Shown here: positions 60,001 to 64,000 of the stretch, piece by piece
Position numbering within the stretch: position 1 is the stretch's first letter
Layout of the letters: every line of letters begins with the position of its first letter
Translations under genes and position numbers: made by a program
Notes under the pieces: model-generated
Database searches by the model: none
Seen by the model: only the letters and a program-made list of their open reading frames with translations
What the model was told of the DNA's origin: nothing
Assembly: GCF_009914755.1 (NCBI RefSeq)
Contig: NC_060942.1
Length of the DNA: 64,000 bases
Strand: one strand, 5' to 3'
From: the human T2T-CHM13v2.0 reference genome, Homo sapiens

Positions 60001-61841
60001 ATTTTTTTTTTTTTTTGAGAAGAGGTCTTTTGGGATGCATGGTGCTCCACATACAGCTTCACAAAATATTTCATTATAAGAGAAACCCCTTGATTTTTAT
60101 TTCTTTTTCTTTTGTTTTCTGGATTACCTGCCTTCAGTAAGCAGATGCAGACCCACTTGTAAGGAGTCTGGTTAGTGATGAGAAAAGGATGAAATCTAGA
60201 TACAAAAGTCACCTTGAAGGTGATGATGGATCTTTAATCCACTTGACTAAGTGTCTGGAAGAGCTACTTGCTCTTCCACCCCTCATCTCAAATGAGAGGA
60301 GCAGAAGTTTAACTTCCTCAAATAGCCCAGCTCTGGCTAAAACCCAAAGAAGAAAGGTCAAAGGAAGGGAAAGCATGTCAGGGGCTGGTTTGTGACTTGG
60401 CAGGACCAGGAAACAGCAGCCACTGACAGCCCAGAGAAGGTGACTAAGGGCTGGCAGAAGATTAGAATGTTAATTTGGCTGCTGTCCGGACTAGGAGGCC
60501 ATGTTCAATGGCAGTCAGAATTTGTGTTCTGCGCATTGCTGGGTCTATAAATATGATAAGCAAGTGGTGACAGAATTATAGTATAAGGTGATGTACTACA
60601 TGCAGATCATAAAGGCTTTGGTTTTAAGACTTAAGTAGAAAATCCCTCTCCTAGCTTATTACCCAACAATATTCAGATAATGAGCTTTTGGAGAATATCT
60701 TTTTCCTATCACTAGAAAGATTTACCTGGGAACTGTCTAAAGTCTACACACATATTTCCAAAGCCTTTAAATACCAACTGCAGCATGGAGAGAGAGGGGT
60801 GGCAGAAGCTGAAATGCCTCAAAAGCCATTTAAGTGTTACGTTGCAGGATTTTCAGTCCTTCTCGTTATGTAAAAGTAGATAAATATAGACGTTATTCTC
60901 AACACTACCCTATAGTATCACAGTGGTCCAAATGCCAGAGCTTACAGATAATGTCATCACAGTGCCTAGAAACTCGAACTGTAATATATCGTAGCATTTT
61001 CTTGGTGTTTCTTAAAGTTTCTTTCCACAATACAAGGTCCTCTCTGCCTCTTGTTTCTTGGAGAGTTCACCCCACTGATGAGTCTTCCTTCCCTGTTGGA
61101 CTCAGTCATTTGGGGAACAGTCTTAGAAGCACATATCAACCAAGGAAGAAACTTCCTGGATATCTATTGCCCACTTGCCCAGGTCTAATAAACACTAAAG
61201 GGGGGAAATTGAAAGGAGCTGCCAACTGGTCAACGTGGAAGGGCGGTTCCACCCTAGATTGGTGTCTTTCTTTTTCTTCCTTTTTTTAAAAAAAATCTAT
61301 TTCTTAAATAATAATAAATGCACATGATGTGTTAAATATGTACATATATATTTCAAAAGAAAAAATGGGGCACAAGATTGTCTTACAAGTCGTGCTGGCT
61401 AATTTTTAGTTTGTATTCATAAGTGGTTTTTAAAAGCCTTTTTTAAAGTGTAATTTGCATGTTCTACTTTGATTGTATGTAAACATATTTTAGAACAAAA
61501 AATGTATTTGTATTTTATTGAATATAGAGGCAAGAAAATTGTACATTGTTTGAAATGTTCTTTTTGTAACAGTTTTTATTCATAAAGCATTTTTGTACAT
61601 TTAAAATGAACATGGACTTGCTGTTATTTGAGGCGTAGATACATCTAGCATGCTTACTGTCATGCTCCTCCATGGTCTTAGATGTTGGGTTTTAAACATT
61701 TTTTTCTAAAAGAAAGCTCAGTCTTTTCCGCTACCAGATCAGGTTAGCACAGTATAGAGCACTTAACTATTAAAAAAAAAAAGTTAATCCTATTCATATG
61801 TTATTCATTGTGTGAAATTAAAGACATTCAATTCAGTCTAA
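57031..61841 (+). other. SETBP1: SETBP1 3'UTR (~4.8 kb, distal end approximate)
   Basis: Follows the stop codon. GC-rich start, then AU-rich with no recognisable Alu/L1. Ends after ATTAAA at 61817-61822 with a U/GU-rich stretch downstream (~61847-61871). Confidence 0.8.
61817..61822 (+). terminator. Distal polyadenylation signal ATTAAA
   Basis: Variant PAS with many upstream TGTA motifs (61338-61600) and a downstream T/GT-rich element. Confidence 0.7.
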
Positions 61842-64000
61842 CATGAGTTGTGAATTCTTTTGTTTTATTTTCCATCTGGTTTACATCACTAAGGAGTTTA
61901 ATAGCATTTGGGGGTCTTTGCTCACACCAACTGGATACAGAATCATTGAGAAAATTTTAACAACCGTCTCTCTTTTGTATGATACTGGGAAGTACATTCT
62001 GGGTAAGAGTTGAGTCTGATTTACTGGGTTACTGTTCACAGAGTATTGCACTAACTGGCCACCAAGCCAGGGCTGATTCATAGAACCAGTTAGGCCTCTG
62101 CTGAAAGCAATCAAAGGGTACTGTAGGATATTGAAGACCCACCCTGTCCTAAATTTTTAGAAGAGCATTACAGATAGGGATTAAGCTTTCTTACTAAATA
62201 TCCCATGATGTCAGACATCTGAAGGAAGGATCCCTGGCTGCACTTAAGGTTTTACTGGAGTGACAGGAGGGGCTACTTAATAAATGACAGACAGTTACTG
62301 ATTACCTACCCAGTGCCTATGCTGAGCGTCCTTGCTCTAAAGGGACTTACTAGGCCTCCATTTGAAAAATGAAACTAGCAATTTGAAGCTGAATATGGCC
62401 AGCTGTGAAAGAGTGATGGGGTCTCAAAAGGAGTCTTTACTGCTTTCCTGCCTGTTTTTTCTACCCATTCTGTTCCACTTTTTAGTTTGTATTTATAAGT
62501 GGGTTTTAAAAGCCTGTCTTAAGCACTTTGCACATTATACTTTAATTGTATGTGAACATACAGGCATTTATATATTTTTTGCCTTCTTTCTTTGTCTTAC
62601 CTTTGGACGTGCGTCTTCCAAAAGCCAACAAGATAGTCAGGAAATGTTATGAGCTGCTCCCCACTCCTAGCCATCAATCTGACCCAGCATAACATCCACT
62701 GTGACTTTCGGTATTTGCAGCACCTGCAGTAGAATTATAGACGTCAATGGAAGTCTTCAGGAGTAGAGTATTAGGGAGCCGTTGCAGGAGGAGTGAAGCA
62801 CTCCTACCTCAGCTCGTCTCCTGAGACTCAGAGAATTTGGTCAGCCACCTCTAGTAGAATAGGACTTGCCTTCTTTCTCCTCTCCTCCTCCCACTATCTT
62901 GCACTGAACTAGGACAATTTAAAGCATTCTATAGTCATCATTCTAACTTGGGCTCATTAATTCCATTGATACTTCTGAAATCAGCAATGACTTCTGAGAG
63001 TGGCCCTAATCTCTTCCTACAAGCTTCTCATGCAGGGACAAAGCTGTTGCCTAGGAATGGATTGGCTCAACTCTAAAGTTTTTAAACAGTCCATAGCGGA
63101 GCAATGTGCTGACAAAGATTCTCAGGAAAGTTGGATGTATCCACACATGTGGCTGGTGCAAATCTCAGTCTACAAATTGATGGATGGGAGGAATATATAC
63201 TTTTTAATTTTTCTCCAGCTCAATATTTATTAATTTGTAAGGCTCCATTCCACCAACATATAGCAGAATCTTACTTGCAGAGCCAGGGAATCATTTTTCT
63301 AATCCAAAGGGGAAGGAAGGAGGGATCCTGGAAAGCCTGGCTCCAACTTTCTTCCAAATTGTTTCTCTGTGCCCAATTCCTTTCTATTTCCCAAGTTTCT
63401 AGACATTTGAAGCCAGAAAGAAAGTATTTTTCATGTTTTCCCTGCTTTCTGCTGTCAGAAACATGCCCTGAGGGGATAAGCACAAACCAACCTCGCTGCC
63501 TGTACTGGGAAGAGGCAACTACTAGAATAGTGAGGATGCTGGAAATCAATTGCCACGTGGAAAAATTTAACCTGTCACACATGCAATAGGGAGTGAGGAC
63601 AATGGGATGCTCAGGGCTAAAGGATTTGCCCACAGTCATAAAAAGACTCTTTACAGGTCAGATGAAATAACAAATGGCTATGAAAGGGAGTGGGTAGGTG
63701 CAAAACAGTGGTGTGTGCATTTCCATTCCTTATTACTAACATTTTCACTTTTATGGAAATGCCAACACCCAGTTTTAAATCATTATAAAGCATGGTAATG
63801 CACTTTTCTAAAGTGTCATAAGGGCTTTCATTTTGGATTAATTAAAGAAAAAACTAGTTCCAAAGTGTTACATTCACATATGGGAAGATTGGGAAGTAAC
63901 AAATGATAAGTGTTAAAACCTCAAAAGAGTTGGAAACTACATCCTCTCATTATAAAAAGCTTGATATTTTAAAGCTTAATTCTCTACTTTTTAGGGGACC

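Overview
Human genomic DNA: the 3' part of SETBP1 on the + strand (chr18q12.3 from recalled gene knowledge). The window holds the distal ~31.8 kb of a long intron, a 171-bp phase-1/phase-1 coding exon (31802-31972), a 24.4-kb intron, and the terminal exon. That exon has 620 nt of CDS (56411-57030, AT-hook plus PPLPPPPP repeats) and a ~4.8-kb 3'UTR ending near an ATTAAA at 61817. The introns carry a typical primate repeat landscape: a near-consensus AluYb8, several AluS copies, a 3.1-kb L1PA nested inside an MLT1 LTR inside a MIR, a hAT-Charlie fossil, MER3, old L1s, MIRs and microsatellites. Apart from the two SETBP1 exons and decayed L1 ORF2 pieces, the ORF track is noise. I found no evidence for a previously undescribed biological system. 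The best leads are modest: a possibly polymorphic AluYb8, inverted Alus around a skippable exon, motif-dense enhancer candidates, and alternative polyadenylation. Repeat subfamily calls are by eye and old-repeat boundaries are approximate.
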